The notes under the pieces are model-generated. The model made no database searches, was not told the DNA's origin, and saw nothing but the letters and a program-made list of their open reading frames with translations. A DNA stretch of 63,649 bases, filler included, from Welwitschia mirabilis (lineage: Eukaryota): NCBI GenBank assembly GCA_051453625.1. It is 7 parts of one record of this genome, joined end to end, with 100 filler letters (N's around TTAATTAATTAA, not from the genome) between each part and the next. Parts side by side here need not be neighbours in the genome. Positions count along the whole stretch, not along the records: positions 19,106 to 36,388 come from JBOZIK010000001.1; positions 36,489 to 52,590 come from JBOZIK010000001.1; 5 more parts are not named here. One strand, written 5' to 3'. Shown piece by piece: positions 25,975-38,618 of the stretch. Every line of letters starts with the position of its first letter. Position 1 is the first letter of the stretch. Made by a program: the position numbers and the translations under genes.

Positions 25975-28390
25975 TTAATTTAATAAACCAACTCCCATGT
26001 ATTATTTTCTACAAGAGCACGATATTATTATTTAATGTCTTAGATCCATCGATAATGTAAAATGATTTCTTTCAAATAAGTTAGTTTACCATTAAAAATT
26101 AAATGAAGATCATCAACATCATTATCATGAGTTGTATGTAGGGTATATCTGATTCCAATTTTACCCTTTTCATTATGACGAACATCTTGGAGAGTAGACG
26201 ATGATCAAGTACTATGATATTACTAGGGGTAGTCTTAGCTTCTTAGATCAAATAACCTACTAAATTATTATAAGAACCATGATTAAGAGTGCCTAAATCA
26301 CTAAATTACTTAATTTATTTAGGTTGCAAAGAAGTTATACCAATAAAAGGAACTAAAGCAGGACTGATGACTACATCTCCTTCCTCAACCATAGATATTG
26401 AGCATCCAAGGTTTTGGCTTAGGAAATGGTGCAAGTAATCTCGCGTTATTTAACACAATCCTGAAGATGAATAAGTTTACCATCTTTGTAGCATTTCATA
26501 ACTAGTTTGTAATTGGAATAAAAAATATCCATTGAGTACTTCATTATAGAGACTAAGTGATCTTATCATATCATGGTGGAAAGTGATAAAAGATGCGACC
26601 TCAAAGAAGGTACATACAAAACATGAGAAAGGGTTTGTGAAGAGAGTGATGTCAATCTAAAAGTAAGCAAACCATGGTCTTTTACTAGAACTCAAGTTCG
26701 ATTTTCCAAATAANNNNNNNNNNNNNNNNNNNNNNNNNNNNNNNNNNNNNNNNNNNNNNNNNNNNNNNNNNNNNNNNNNNNNNNNNNNNNNNNNNNNNNN
26801 NNNNNNNNNNNNNNNNNNNNNNNNNNNNNNNNNNNNNNNNNNNNNNNNNNNNNNNNNNNNNNNNNNNNNNNNNNNNNNNNNNNNNNNNNNNNNNNNNNNN
26901 NNNNNNNNNNNNNNNNNNNNNNNNNNNNNNNNNNNNNNNNNNNNNNNNNNNNNNNNNNNNNNNNNNNNNNNNNNNNNNNNNNNNNNNNNNNNNNNNNNNN
27001 NNNNNNNNNNNNNNNNNNNNNNNNNNNNNNNNNNNNNNNNNNNNNNNNNNNNNNNNNNNNNNNNNNNNNNNNNNNNNNNNNNNNNNNNNNNNNNNNNNNN
27101 NNNNNNNNNNNNNNNNNNNNNNNNNNNNNNNNNNNNNNNNNNNNNNNNNNNNNNNNNNNNNNNNNNNNNNNNNNNNNNNNNNNNNNNNNNNNNNNNNNNN
27201 NNNNNNNNNNNNNNNNNNNNNNNNNNNNNNNNNNNNNNNNNNNNNNNNNNNNNNNNNNNNNNNNNNNNNNNNNNNNNNNNAATAAACATGATTAGGTGCA
27301 TTGATAAAGTCATTAAAATAATCACTCCTACAATTCATGTGAAAATTTACACGAAGGTCAAGAATCCAAGTTTCATCATGAGGTATATGCTCACTCATAT
27401 CTACAAATTTATAATTGTCAAAAAATACTTTTAACTCATAATGATCATCATCATTAAGGAATTTTGACTCTTCAATAAGTGCATTTACCTTAGGTATAGA
27501 TTTAATCTTAGCCCAAGTTGTCCGATAGATTTTTGAGATATGATCACTTCTTTCACATCATGAGCATTGATATTCATTTTTTATCAAAGTAGCAGTATGC
27601 TAAATTTGCTTCTTGTTTGATAGAGTTTAATTAGGCTTCTTTTGCTATTTTTGCATAGCCTTATCCTTATCATGATGTGATGTATTTAATGGATGAGAGT
27701 TATGAAAATACTAATTATGTTTATAAGGAGATCCATGAGAATGAGAAATTTGACAAGTTACATCAAAGAATGAGAAGTCTAAGAAGTTAAACTAAGCTTT
27801 TGTAGCAATAAGATCCTTACTGAGCATGTCAATGTTCATATTAGGTAGCTGCTTACTTCCATGATAAGGTAGGATGTAGCTATGAAGTAATGAATCCTCC
27901 ACATAGCAATGAATAAAGTTGACATAATTTATGCAATGTTTTGGGTTGGATCTATCTTAGTAATTTTTGCTTTAATATCTATTATCTGAGCTATAAGATG
28001 ATACATTTTATCCACTTTATAGTGAAGGCAGTTTATACTTATAATAATATTAATCATCTCAAGACCATTTTTTACATAAAATATATCTTGTAAAGTATCA
28101 TAGTTGATATAATAAGACTTACTTTTATTAACCAATTTTTTTTTAAATTAGCCACTGATTTTTGCATAATATCTATAAGCTTGTAATCAATGGCTTGCCA
28201 TGCCTTTTCTTAATCTAAATCTTGAAGAGGAATGTGCTCTGTTTCAAAAAAAAAAAAAAAAAACTTTATCAAAACCATAAATATGCATTATTAATATAAA
28301 ACCCTCATTTCAATCCTCCCAACTTTGATCATCATGTAAGATCATCCTAAGGTTGGACATTGTTATGGTAGTCAAAAATGACATGAATCG
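25975..28390 (-). pseudogene. Decayed Ty1/copia gag, protease, integrase C-terminus and RT start
   Basis: gag-like start MSFLTT..SWED*NEGF; Zn knuckle QCS*CERSDHISK (about 27540-27570); protease WILDLRVNFHM (ORF 26685-27398; cf. WILDSGA.FHM); RT-proximal YRALVENNTWELV (about 25985-26025). Confidence 0.8.
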
Positions 28391-28938
28391 CTTTGACAAG
28401 ATCTAGAATTTGCCTCTCAATATCAAAGCCATGATGAATACTAAAATGGAGAGGAAGAAGGATTGATAAGTTGTAATGTAAAGTCGAATTCCAGAGGGAT
28501 CCTGCTTATAACCATTACTAAAAAGATGATCTATATAATACACAAATAAAACTTATTTAAAAAAACCCCAAGAGGAACAAGTGAAGATAATAGTGTAGCT
28601 ACCTAAAAAGAGATCTTACTCTCATCATAAGTTAAATGATACATCCAAGTCATAATGCAAATACAAAAAAAGAAAAAAGAAGTCATGAGGGAGAGGTATA
28701 GTTATAATGAAAAGGAATTAATCCTAAAAATCTAAGTGATCTATTCAAATCATAATATGTTATAATTAAGACAAATACCTCCTAAACCACATAAAACCTA
28801 TGCATACAAGAACAAATAAGGTAGTTTGTTAAAGATATCTTAATGTGAGAAAAGTAAATTTTTACATGAAGGAGTCTAATTTGATTATTAGATGATGAAA
28901 ATATAGATTTCTTAGTTTTAAGGGATGCTTTCAAATCT

Positions 28939-31900
28939 AGGTAGTTATCATGTCCTCTCTAAGGATGGTACCCTTATCTCCTAAGGGAGTAAAAGGACAA
29001 AAATGTGAATCACCTCAGTGGGGCTTTTAAATTGTTGACCAGTTTTGATTACCTCATATATATACTCCCCTTAATGAAGAGTATCATGTAATGTCAACAA
29101 CTTACTTATATATCAGANNNNNNNNNNNNNNNNNNNNNNNNNNNNNNNNNNNNNCTTATGACTCCCTATCGACTTGGTGATGAAATTGAAGTAAATCCTA
29201 CCACTGTGCCTCTGACCTTTACCCAATATACCCTTGATTACCAAGGAATATGTGAGAAGCCATAACTCAGGATGCCCAAGATGTTTCCACTTAAGAGAAA
29301 CAAGGCTCTACATATGACTATAGTTAAGATAGTTAAGACTACACAATAAGCTTAGAAGGTAGTGTAACTTGACATGGATTACGTCTATGTAAGGCTCCCC
29401 ATGCCTGCCATCAACCNNNNNNNNNNNNNNNNNNNNNNNNNNNNNNNNNNNNNNNNNNNNNNNNNNNNNNNNNNNNNNNNNNNNNNNNNNNNNNNNNNNN
29501 NNNNNNNNNNNNNNNNGGTAGTTATCATGTCCTCTCTAAGGATGGTACCCTTGTCTCCTAAGGGAGTAAAAGGACAAAAATGTAAATCACCTCAGTGGGA
29601 CTTTCAAATTGTTGACTAGTTTTAATTACCTCATCTATATACTCCCCTTAAGGGAGAGTATCATGTAATGTCAACAACTTACCTATATATCAGACTTAGT
29701 AAATTTTAAGATTGATTATACTTATGACTCCCTATTGACTTGGTGATTAAATCTAATTAAATCCTACAACTATGCCTTTGACCTTTACCCAATATACCCT
29801 TGATTACTACGGCATATGTGAGAAGCCATAACTCAGGGTGTCCAAGTAATTTCCACTTAAGAGAAACAAGGATCTCCATATGACTATAGTTAAGATAGTT
29901 AAGACTACATAATAAGCTTAGAAGGTAGTGTAACTTGACATGGATTACGTCTATGTAAGACTCCCCATGCCTTTCATCAACCAAAAATTATTACTAATGT
30001 AAAACGTGATGCTTTTAGGGTTAAAAGTAATTTCCAATTTTAATCTTAATCACAAAAAAATAAAATTTTTAGTGTGAGTAAGAAAAAGGAAAAAAACACC
30101 AAAAAACACACATAAGAATAGGGTCTAATTTGGTAAAGTTAAGCTAAGTGGATCTTGCTCAACATTCCAAACTTAGCTTAACCTATTAAAATCACAAAGG
30201 TAATCTAAGTGAGAGAAAAATCAAGTCAAGTGGATCTTGCTCCACATCCTAAAATTTACTCTATAAGGGAAGAAAAAGAAGGCTAGGGGATTACAATTAG
30301 TACAAAATTCCCAAAAACCTTTAAATGCATAAAAAATATGCTTTAAAAAACTGAGTTACGGGCTTACAAGTTTAAAAAATTGCCCAAAAACTTAAGAAAA
30401 TTGAAAAGATAGTCCAAAATAACAAAAATTCTAAAACTACCAATGTGCGTAAAACAAGGCTAATGGATGATCAATGGCTTAACTAAACTACATGTGTGTG
30501 AAAACTAATAATGGCTAAGCACTGGCTCAGTTAAACTCATGTTCATAGGAATGAATAATGGCTGATCAATTTCACATATGCACACTAAATAGAAATAACA
30601 AGAATAAATTTTGAAGAAATGGATGCTTGACAACTCAATTCTTTTATCACTATACCAACTACGTCTTAAAAAAAAGAATTTCTAATGAAATATTAAAAAG
30701 AATATACCATTAGACACAAAAACAGTAGTGCAAGAGGTAGTGCAGATGTAGGCGATGGGAGGTACTCTGCTAGGTAGGCATAATGAGCAAGAGCTGAGGA
30801 TGCTATAACATGAAGAGGTAAGATCTAAAGACAGTGGTAAAGAATAGGAAACTAAAGACACTGAGCATAATAGGATTAGTAAGCAGACAAAAGAAAACTC
30901 AAGCAAGGCATGGACTAGCGGTAAGCATATAAAAGACTACATACAATGATGAAGGCAGGCACATTGTCAAGCAAGGAAAATGACTAAACTAGTGGATTGA
31001 CACATAGATAGTTGGAGAACATAGGAGAAGGTAGCTACACACATGAAGAATAAGGCACACAGACTAAGACACAGGAGCATGATGAGTGCCAATAAAGCAT
31101 GTAGCTAGCATAGAGTAATAAGACAGCATCAAGAAAATGAGTCAATGGGAGATAGCAGCATGAGTGGAGGAACTGCAACGAGAGATCAATATGCAAGGTG
31201 TAGGAAGTGAAGTAGAAAGTACATAACAAAGATCAGCATGAGATGCAAAAATAACAAGTGGAACTTGGCTAAATAGGTACATCAAGAAAGGCAAATGAAG
31301 TAGTGAAAATCAAAGCATAAGAGTTACACACATGGAAGCGGCAGTGCAAGGCCTTAGTGATGGAGCTCCTTAGTGGTAGCAACAAATGCAAGGATATGGA
31401 AGGTCACTAGTATATGAGAAGCTTGATAGCTACATAGTGGTGGATCTGTAATTGCAAAGATCAATGATCAGGCAGTAGGAGCTAACTGGACAACAAGCAG
31501 GTCAGCAGTGTATAGAATGATAAATAAAACATGCATAATGGTGGAGCCTCTTAATAGCGGGGTATCTCTTCAAAAAAGCAGAAAACATTATAAAATAAAG
31601 AAAAACATAAAAGCAGTTTCAAATATAGACATAACAGCTTTTTAAATGGAGATATAACAGCTTATTATGCAGGCGAAGGTGCCTCAAAACTTTTAAAACT
31701 TTAAATGTCTTACTAATATACAATTAACATAAAACTTATAAAAAGTAGTTCAAAAACTTAAAATAAATCAATAGGTCTAATAAAAAAGAAAGCATGCAAA
31801 TGCATGCAAGAGGTATGCAAGAGGCAACCAGAAGCACAAGTGCTTAAGGAGTTACCAAGAATTTTTAGGAACCCTAGCCTGAAAGCTTTGATACCATTTT

Positions 31901-32200
31901 TTAGAAAACAAGTATGATAAAAAATCAAGAGGCACAATATTTCTATATGAAAATTTTATATCTCCTCTTTCTTATTTAACAAAGATACTGCTTAAATAAG
32001 CAAGCACATCACTAGGGTTTTCACATATCCCTAGGCATGGAACCATAGTATGTACTAGCCTTAGCATGTTATAGGAGAGCATTAGACAACATTAGAGTAA
32101 AGGATTTCTAGAAAATAAATTCGTAAAATGTTGGAGTTAGCTTGCTTATCTCTTTTTCCAAGTCGAAGTCTCAAAAAACAACTCTGAAATTAACATTTTC
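28939..32200 (-). mobile_element. 5' part of a copia element (Angela-like): LTR 3' end, tRNA-Met PBS and long 5' UTR
   Basis: GCTTTGATACCA at 31885-31896 is followed by LTR-end-like ..TTAGAAAACAAG. A long non-coding leader lies to its left, with 28939-29416 duplicated at 29517-29982. Lineage assigned from recall of leader style only. Confidence 0.55.
31885..31896 (-). promoter_or_regulatory. Primer-binding site, initiator tRNA-Met
   Basis: Minus strand TGGTATCAAAGC versus canonical TGGTATCAGAGC (one G>A). Confidence 0.8.
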
Positions 32201-32582
32201 TCTTCTTTTTTTAATTAAATTTTATAACTTACACTTAAATTAAAGTTGTACAACTTTTAAATAACCTATCGCAATTATCCTAGTGGATAGAACAATAAAT
32301 AAATATTCAACTTAGTTTAAAATTAGTCATTATAAAATAATGAACAGTTGTCTTGTGAGAGGTATTTCAATTCTATATAAGGTTGGTGGATCTCTAAAGC
32401 CATCATTTTTAGAGGTTAATGATATCTAGAGGTATGATGGGAAGATACTCTCTATATGTAGATGTACTTAAGTTGGGGAATCATGTAAATTAGTAGGTTT
32501 CTATTTAAAATTTTTATTTGTTAACTATTTAAGTTTTTATTGGTTGAACTCATTTACACTTCCCCTCTAAGTTTGATGAACC

Positions 32583-32987
32583 ATGAAAGGGATGCCATCT
32601 ATCAAACCTCCACTCTTTAATGGAATAAATAATGCCTATTGAAAGATGAGGATGTGGATGTACTTAAAGTTTTTTGAGTTTTAGGTTTAGTAAGGCATTA
32701 AAGATGGATACAAAAATCTAATAGAAACCTTCATTAACACTATAGAAAACACTCTTACTCAGATCACACCTAGAGAAAATGAAAAATGCAAGACAATGCA
32801 ACCTTTACATATGAATCAAAGGTAAAGAATTTTCTTTGCTCAACCCTCATCATGTTAGAGTTTAACTAGATAGCCATATGTAAAGCTACCAAGGAAATTT
32901 GAAATGTCTTGAAAGGTACATATGAGGAAACTTTACTTATCAAGAAATCAAAGATCTTGATTTGAAAAAATCAGTTTGAAAACTTAT
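32583..32987 (+). pseudogene. Copia gag N-terminal fragment (UBN2/Retrotran_gag_2-like)
   Basis: MKGMPSIKPPLFNGINNAY*KMRM..CKATKEI*NVLKGTYEETLLIKKSK..QFENL. Preceded by an LTR-end-like motif tttacacttcccctcta. Confidence 0.8.
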
Positions 32988-33579
32988 TAAAAAATATTAC
33001 TAAAACTATATAATATATAGAAATAACAATTCTTAATAAAAATTTTATTAATTAAAGTAATATATTTTATTTATTAATAAAATATAAAACAATAAAATTC
33101 ATATATTTTATTTCTTATTAGCATACTTATTAAAAAAGCAAGTATTAACAATTAGAATTGATAAACTAATCTACCATATTAATTTTAGTAATACAATTAA
33201 TAAAATTAGTATATTTTATTTATTAATAAAAATAATATACTTTATAATAAATTTTGCAAATTTTAATAAAATTTCTTATATGCAAAAGTTTATAATTAAA
33301 AACAAATTTTCTTATTAAAATTTGGCCTAAACTAAGATGAAATGAGCTACTTATACTTTTGTAACATTTTGCTAAATTTGAATACAATGATTTTATTTTT
33401 TAAATTTTTTAATACTTACTTTATTTCTATATTTAAAATTTTTAAAGTATCATTACATTCTTTACTTTTTAGTTTATTAAAATTTAATGGACCATGTAAA
33501 TACAAAATGGGAAAGATAAGTGGTTGCATTATACTTCTCATTTCTAAGACAAACAAGTAGCTGGTGATGGACCTCTTAG

Positions 33580-34073
33580 CCAATACAAGACTTGTATGCT
33601 TAGTGCAAATAGTAATAGGTTACACAAGTTACCCATGGATCACCATATAAGACTTGTATGCTCAGTGCAACTATTATTACCATATAAGACATGTACTTAG
33701 TGCAAATGGTATAAGGTAATACAAATGAAAATGGATAATAAGTAACACAAGTGGCTTATACATTACTATACAAGACTTATATGCCTAGTGAAAATGGTAC
33801 TAAGTGATATAAATAGTCCATATATTACCATAAAAACCTTGTATGATCAGTGTGAATGGTATAAGATGACAAAAGCATAGATGGTATAAGGTGATAAAAT
33901 GGCAAAGGAGTATTAAGTGACACAAGCATCTTATACATTTTCATACAAAATGTGTATGCTTAGTGCAAATGGTTTTAGCTAGCATAAGTAATACAATTAG
34001 ACTATACATTATCATAAAATTCTTATATGCATGGTGGAAATGGTATAAAATAACACAAGTGAAAATAGTAAAA
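33580..34073. repeat. Minisatellite, about 60 bp unit (same family as 7030-8320)
   Basis: Repeated caagacttgtatgcttagtgcaaatggtattaggtgatacaagt..catacattaccata. Confidence 0.85.
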
Positions 34074-34558
34074 TATTCAATCTAGTACAATGGACCAGAT
34101 TTAAATCTAAGTTTGTACTTAGCTGGCATTCTTCTTTAGAGATAACATGGGTTTGGATTCAGAATTAAAATAACTTAAACTTAATGCAAGTTATAAATTT
34201 TAAGGGGGGAAAAAAGAAAGAGGTGGTGTTTAGAGTTTGAATTAAACCTTATATTGAGAGAGAAGGAAAGCAAACTAGCTCTAAGATATTATTGATTCAT
34301 TCCTGAGTAATCTTTCACAGTGTTGTTCAATTTCCTTCTTACAAAAAATTTTAAATCATTAAGTGCTTTTGGCTCATGTCATGGGGAATAATCTCATCCA
34401 CCATATGAAAAATGATAAATCTAATTAGTACTTTAGTCTTAAAACAACCATAGAAGGTAAGGAATTTAAGTACTTAAGATCTATGAAATTAAAAGACTTA
34501 GACTAAGGGATGAAAAAAAATTCACTCAACTGAAATGAACTTGATAATTAAAGTGCAC
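34074..34558 (-). mobile_element. 3' part of a family B LTR, interrupted by family A LTR
   Basis: Aligns with 43761-44220. Similarity breaks at aattaaagtgcac, exactly where LTR A begins. Confidence 0.85.
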
Positions 34559-36388
34559 TATTGCGATGCCAACTTAGATGTATTTGATAGGGTATTTTGA
34601 GTTTTTTTGCAGATAAACTAACAGATAAATGCCTAGTTCCTATGATAATCGATAATCTATGAGCACAAGACGAAAATATGTAGTTTATCAGATAATTCAT
34701 GAGTATTTCATGTATATATGGATAAATTGTATTTTTAGAGGATTATCCCTGCAAACAATAAGATATCACAATGATAAAGGATGAAGAAAAGACTGTCGTC
34801 CCGTTTGTCGTTCACATGACAGGCAGGACGATGATCCTAATTGAGCGAGAAATAGACCTCTTCTAAGATAAATTATAGTAAAACTGAAGATCTTATTATT
34901 AGACTCCATCGTCCACCTCATCTTCTAGACAATACTAGTGGATGACATCTCCATAACCAGTTGACAGGACTTCGCATGTAGATCACATATAGTTAAACTG
35001 GAAGCTAAGCAGATAACTCATTGTTAATCTTTGTCATCTCCTCCATCGTCCAGACGACCAGAAGGATGACACTATTCTCCCATAGTTTTACAGAATGTAT
35101 TCCTGAGTTGTCACTTATTATTTGTAACTTTTCCTTGCATGTTAGCTAGAGTTTCTACTTTATCTTTCTGTCAGTTTACTTTCCCTTTTTGTCTATAAAT
35201 AAAGATCTCCCCCTTAATCCCTAATCATTTTCGACAGTACTTGACATTCTCATAATAGGAGATCTTGGGACCGAAGAACCATCTTATAATCTAGAGAGAT
35301 GTTACCTTGGTGTTGGATGGAGTATCCTCCATTGAGGAATGACTACTTTGTGATACAGATGTTTTTTATATTTTTAATATGAATTACTCTTTTTATTAAT
35401 AATTGCAGGTACTTCTCCCTCATAGTTTATATTGTTTTAGATTCATGACAGGTTTTTTTAATTATATAGATTATGAGAGTAGCCTTTGTTAAGGTTAAGC
35501 TTAATTAGTTTAGATGCATCATTGTTTACTTTCTTAAATTAGTTTTGCATCATTATTTCAATTTTTATGCATTACATTTTAATTTAGTAGAATAGAGTTA
35601 CACATTTCTTTCTAGAAATCAACTCTTTATTGTCCATACTATTGGCCTTTGACAGAATTATGACATTCGGATCACTCCATCTATACTAGCATGTCGTATT
35701 TTACATCTTATTGTAATTAACAGGATTGAGATCGAAGAGTGAAACATTGCATAAATACACAGACAGTTAAACTGGAAGCTAAGTGGATAACTCATTGTCA
35801 ATCTTTGTCGTCTCCTCCATCGTTCGGACAAACAGAAGGACAACACTGTTCTTCCATAGTTTTATAGAATGTTTCTCGAGTTGTCGCTTGTTATTTGCGA
35901 ATTTCCCTTACATGTTAGCTAGAGTTTCTACTTTACCTTTTTGTCAGTTTACTTTCCCTTTCTGTTTATAAATAAAGATCTCCCCCTCAATTTCTAATCA
36001 TCTNNNNNNNNNNNNNNNNNNNNNNNNNNNNNNNNNNNNNNNNNNNNNNNNNNNNNNNNNNNNNNNNNNNNNNNNNNNNNNNNNNNNNNNNNNNNNNNNN
36101 NNNCACAAGACGAAAACATGCAATTTATCAGAGAATTCACGAGGATTTCATATAAATATGGATAAATTGTATTTTCAAATGATTATCCCTGCAAACAACA
36201 AGATATGACACTGATAAAGGACTGTTGTCCGTCATGTCATCTAGACAACAGTCAGGATGACAACCCTAATTAAGCATATGACAAACTTATTTCCAGATGA
36301 CTTGCAGTTGAAGTTAAGATATTATTATCAGACTCCATCATCCACCTAATCGTCCAGATGACACTAGTGGACGATATCTTTAGAATCA
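34559..36388 (+). mobile_element. Family A LTR (34559-35761) fused to further LTR A fragments
   Basis: Reverse complement of 1-681. Reaches the LTR-end motif cattgcataaatacaca at 35761, then jumps to a second copy of 34990-35230. Another fragment lies at 36104-36388. Confidence 0.85.
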
Positions 36389-36488
36389 NNNNNNNNNNNN
36401 NNNNNNNNNNNNNNNNNNNNNNNNNNNNNNNNTTAATTAATTAANNNNNNNNNNNNNNNNNNNNNNNNNNNNNNNNNNNNNNNNNNNN

Positions 36489-38618
36489 TAGTTGTAAGAT
36501 TGGATTCACCCAATCTTAGGACATTCACAGGTCTATGAACTTCAATTTGAATGAAGATGTTTTATTTTTGATGTTTTCCTCAATGGTGAAAAGATCCTAG
36601 ATTGTTTAAGAGTGTTCTTTTCTATCTTAATCCTATGACTTTTATCTTTGTCTTTTGGAGTATTTGGTCATGTGGAATGTTGTTTTGTTTTGAAAAAAAA
36701 TAAAGAGTGAAATAAAAACCATGATGTTTTATATTTATGATATCTGAAAAAAATGGTCACCATGATGTCCTACTTCAAGTACACTAGGGCAAATNNNNNN
36801 NNNNNNNNNNNNNNNNNNNNNNNNNNNNNNNNNNNNNNNNNNNNNNNNNNNNNNNNNNNNNNNNNNNNNNNNNNNNNNNNNNNNNNNNNNNNNNATGACA
36901 GTTAACTTTGTTAAGTTTTCTAGATTTCTAATAAATTTTTGTATTTTTTGATAATTTTCTATTTGTATTTCTATGTTATTCTCTCTATCATCTAGATGAA
37001 GAGTAGGATGAAAGTCAATAAAATGTTGATTTTTCTTTAATGTTATTTGAGAAAATACATTTTTTTGGCTCTATTGAGATTTATAACTTGACTACTTGAC
37101 AATGGTAGAAAGTAAATGGGCAAAAATTGGAATTTCATGAGTAAATCATTTGAATTTTCTCTTAGCTTTTCATTTAAAAGATCATTATGTTATTACTTGA
37201 TCATTTTCAAACTTGACTTATGTGCTTATTTCCATGATTAATCTTTTGACTTGGACATTTCAGTGATAAGATTGGATTCACCCAATCTTAGGACATTCAC
37301 AAGTCTATGAACTTAAATTTGAAGAAATATGCTTTATTTTTTATTCTTTTCTCAATGGTGAAAAGGTCTTAGATTATTTAATAGTGTTTTTTTCTATCTT
37401 AATCTTATGACTTTCTCCTTTGTATTTTGAAATGTTTGGTCATGTGGAATGTTATTTTCTTTTCAGTGTGAAACAAAGACCATTATGTTTTATATTTGTA
37501 ATATCTTGAAAACATGATCACTATAATGTCCTATCACAAGTACACCAAGGTAAATATTTCTAAGAGGAGCCTTTAGTAGTATAATATGATAGCTATGTGA
37601 ACTCCACTAGAAGGTTAGTTGGCCATGCTTCATGGGTTCTTACTTCTCTAATTGTGGTTGCAATCCCTTCATCATGGATAATAAAGTTGTAATTAAACTT
37701 TGAGGCTTTGGGATCAATGGTATTCCTGGTGTCATCAGAGGCATTACTTGTTTCCTAAACTTTTGGTAGTTCCACATGATCATTTCATTTCTTGAGATTT
37801 GAATGTTTGTTTTGAGATGATGGTAAGAAAGTTTATTTTTGAGTAATTATTTGATCTAATCATTCATTGTTTAAAGCATTTTACTCTAGCATCGTCATAA
37901 TCACTACCTTATTGAATAGAATTTTTGTATATTAAGTCATGCATTTTCTACATTAAGTAATGTTATGATCTCTTTCATGAGAGTCTACTAGGTTAAAATA
38001 TTAGATTGGTGAGCTATCTTTTATGTATATTATCTTATATCCATTCTTCTTGTTTTTTTTAATAGTTTAGTTAGTTATTTTAAAGTCATTACCGTATTTT
38101 CTTAGCATGTTTTTCTTGTTCAAGTTTTTAATAAAAGATAATTTCTTGCTTATATAAGTGTTTTTTTCATTTTTTTTGGTGTTGTAAGTGCTGCTTATGT
38201 TCTTTTTATTATGAAATATATTTTTTGTTTACTCTTTTCTTTACTTGTCAAAATATTTCATATCTATATATCTTTCAAATCTAACATTACTTAACTTTGA
38301 ACTTTATTTATAAAGTTGTCCTCTTTTACCTAACTTCTCACTCTCATTTACTTTCTTTTGGGGAGGGGTAAGGATGGGCAAAAACCCATTTACATGGCTC
38401 ATTTTCAAAATTTTTTAACTTTATTCAGAGCTTTCATAAAATAAAATTATCAAATTTAAATACACATTATGCATTACTTGTTATTTATTTATGTGATATG
38501 TTTTATGAGCCTATTTTATAACTTTTAGATTTATCTTTTTAAAAAGCAAATTGGTTTGCAAGTATGGTTTCTCTGCCTAGTCTTTATTAAGGACTGATAA
38601 AAGTTAAGTGAAGGTCTA
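36489..38618 (+). mobile_element. Athila-like 3' non-coding region ending in a PPT
   Basis: Reverse complement of 50700-51700. Ends aaagttaagtgaaggtcta directly before TGTTGC at 38619, equivalent to the PPT at 46701-46719. Confidence 0.75.

Noticed and set aside
28500..28940. PBS and 5' LTR of the minus-strand copia at 25975-28390
   Set aside because: gcttataacca only weakly resembles gctctgatacca, and no partner LTR is present to confirm boundaries.
30682..31560. GC-richer, GCA/CAG-rich stretch with short ORFs as a possible gene
   Set aside because: No sustained frame or recognisable motif was found. It lies downstream of a Met PBS, consistent with a copia leader.
32990..33560. Extremely AT-rich block as a MITE or gene (ORF 33342-33560)
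   Set aside because: No convincing TIR pair or TSD by eye, and the ORF is low-complexity F/L/K/I.
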